From Bdellovibrionota bacterium (GTDB taxonomy: Bacteria > Bdellovibrionota > UBA1018 > UBA923), in contig JBFMCE010000084.1 in the NCBI GenBank assembly GCA_040754655.1, positions 1 to 17,029 of the forward strand: DNA of 17,029 bases, written 5' to 3'. The notes under the pieces are model-generated. The model worked only from the letters and a program-made list of their open reading frames with translations, had not been told where the DNA came from and searched no databases. Below, one piece after another: positions 15,802 to 17,029 of this stretch. The translations under genes and the position numbers were made by a program. The stretch's first letter is position 1; every line of letters starts with the position of its first letter.

Positions 15802-15990
15802 GCTTTTTTTTACCAAATTGTGGGTCGGGATGCACAGCTTTTCTTGCCTAAAACGCTTTGTTTTTGGCTGGCTTCGCGTGATTGTGCGGCAGCCAGCCGA
15901 TCTTTCGTAAATCGGTTGCTCCTATCATCACCAGCAGTGTGCCGGCCCTTTGCCCACTTTTTTAAGTTCAGTTCAGTGCGACGGCCCCAT

Positions 15991-17029
15991 TTACGGATGC
16001 TCAAAGCTGTGGTGGTTGCGGCAGGGCAGGGTTAAGTTGCTGGGATGATTGCTGCCTCCATTGATGAGGGGTGTGGTGTGGTGCACTTCAAGCCAGCGCC
16101 TTTGAAGGCATCTCGTGCGTTGTCGGTTTTCGTGGGCGCACTGGCCTTGGTATTTGTAGAAAACTTGGTGCTTAAGGTGGGTGGAAAGTTTTGGTCTATG
16201 TCTCTTTGCTGGTATCATGCGGGTTGGTCGCAGCAGCTGCATAGAAGAATCAGAATCAGGCACCCTTTCCTTTTCAAAAACTGGCACCTCTTTGAAATAC
16301 CCCCGAGCCGGCGCACTTAGTTTACCGGCACCTCCAACCTGTCGCACGACAGGTTCTTTGAGTGAAGTATTTTGTTCTAACCCCCGACCCGACTTCCGCT
16401 CAGAAAACTCTTGGCCCTTTTGCTGCTCTTGGTTTTGATTCTCTCTTGAGCTCAAACCTGGTGGCTTTGCACCTTCGATTCTTTGCTCTTTCTTTAACAC
16501 CCGCTCTGCTTTTCTTACTGGATCTTTTCTTTCTAAGAATTCTTCTACTATTTCACCAAGCGCTTGCTCGAGAGAGACTGCCTTTTGCGCTCTTTGGCTT
16601 AAAATATCTTGCACTCGTTTGAGCCTGTTCATCAGTGCTTCTGATATGCCAAGCTTTAGTTCAAGCCTTGTGTCTGAAACATAAATAGCTCTTTCTTGCA
16701 CAGCGGCCTTAGGATTTACTTTTGCAATCTGCCTTTCAAGCTCTCGCCGCGGAAGTTTGATTGCAAGATCAAGCCAATGCTTCTGATTCTCTTTTGTAAT
16801 TACGGCTGCTAGTTTTCTAGCTTTTGCGATGCTTAAACTTCCTTGGCTGATCTGTTGTTTTAGAGCAGGAACTTGTTTTGATTTTCTAGCCACTGTAATG
16901 GCGTTGTAAGCTGTGCTTTCTGAGAGTTTTAAACTTTCAGTGCAATAAGCAAACAAGCTACTAAACCCTAATTCCACAAACACACGATGCTCATCTACTT
17001 TGGTGATCACCTCTAAGAGATCTGCTTCT
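15991..17029 (-). CDS. HNH endonuclease-domain protein with a DUF222-like helical N-terminus (5' partial)
   Basis: The frame stays open to the window edge (EADLLEVITKVDEHR...). N-terminal LGFSSLFAYCTESLKLSE..AY..I.VAR; C-terminal GQC...C...WLEVHHTTP..GGSN..SNL...C..HH. Confidence 0.88.
   Translation of the reverse strand, partial: EADLLEVITKVDEHRVFVELGFSSLFAYCTESLKLSESTAYNAITVARKSKQVPALKQQISQGSLSIAKARKLAAVITKENQKHWLDLAIKLPRRELERQIAKVNPKAAVQERAIYVSDTRLELKLGISEALMNRLKRVQDILSQRAQKAVSLEQALGEIVEEFLERKDPVRKAERVLKKEQRIEGAKPPGLSSRENQNQEQQKGQEFSERKSGRGLEQNTSLKEPVVRQVGGAGKLSAPARGYFKEVPVFEKERVPDSDSSMQLLRPTRMIPAKRHRPKLSTHLKHQVFYKYQGQCAHENRQRTRCLQRRWLEVHHTTPLINGGSNHPSNLTLPCRNHHSFEHP

Noticed and set aside
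15991..17029. HNH protein as an IscB/Cas9-like RNA-guided nuclease
   Set aside because: No RuvC motifs are seen, and the HNH is terminal with nothing after it. The extreme N-terminus lies outside the window.

Overview
Gene-dense bacterial window. The gene families and protein styles suggest a Bdellovibrionota/Oligoflexia-like organism, but that is inference only. From left to right: (1) a tightly coupled minus-strand cell-surface operon of a membrane-anchored protein with a possible TIMP/OB-like fold, a matrixin-type zinc metalloprotease with a C-terminal GCG-TM-basic sorting tail, an AMIN-like protein and a partial lipoprotein; (2) a frameshifted TolB/PD40 remnant, tRNA-Lys(CTT) and a tandem DUF4242 pair whose second copy has an in-frame internal deletion and is missing from the ORF track; (3) a PAS histidine kinase plus a REC-histidine kinase hybrid; (4) a Ser-Pro-stalked beta-propeller lipoprotein with a perfect hexamer microsatellite; (5) three secreted papain/transglutaminase-fold cysteine enzymes within about 6 kb (protein-glutaminase-like, oomycete TGase-elicitor-like, DUF4105/Lnb-like), interspersed with a CBS-less IMPDH/GMP reductase-family gene and DUF2203; (6) acyl-CoA thioesterase, peptide deformylase and a partial HNH endonuclease gene followed by a structured spacer. 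No CRISPR array, integrase or transposase was seen. Family calls come from motif recognition by eye, not from database searches.
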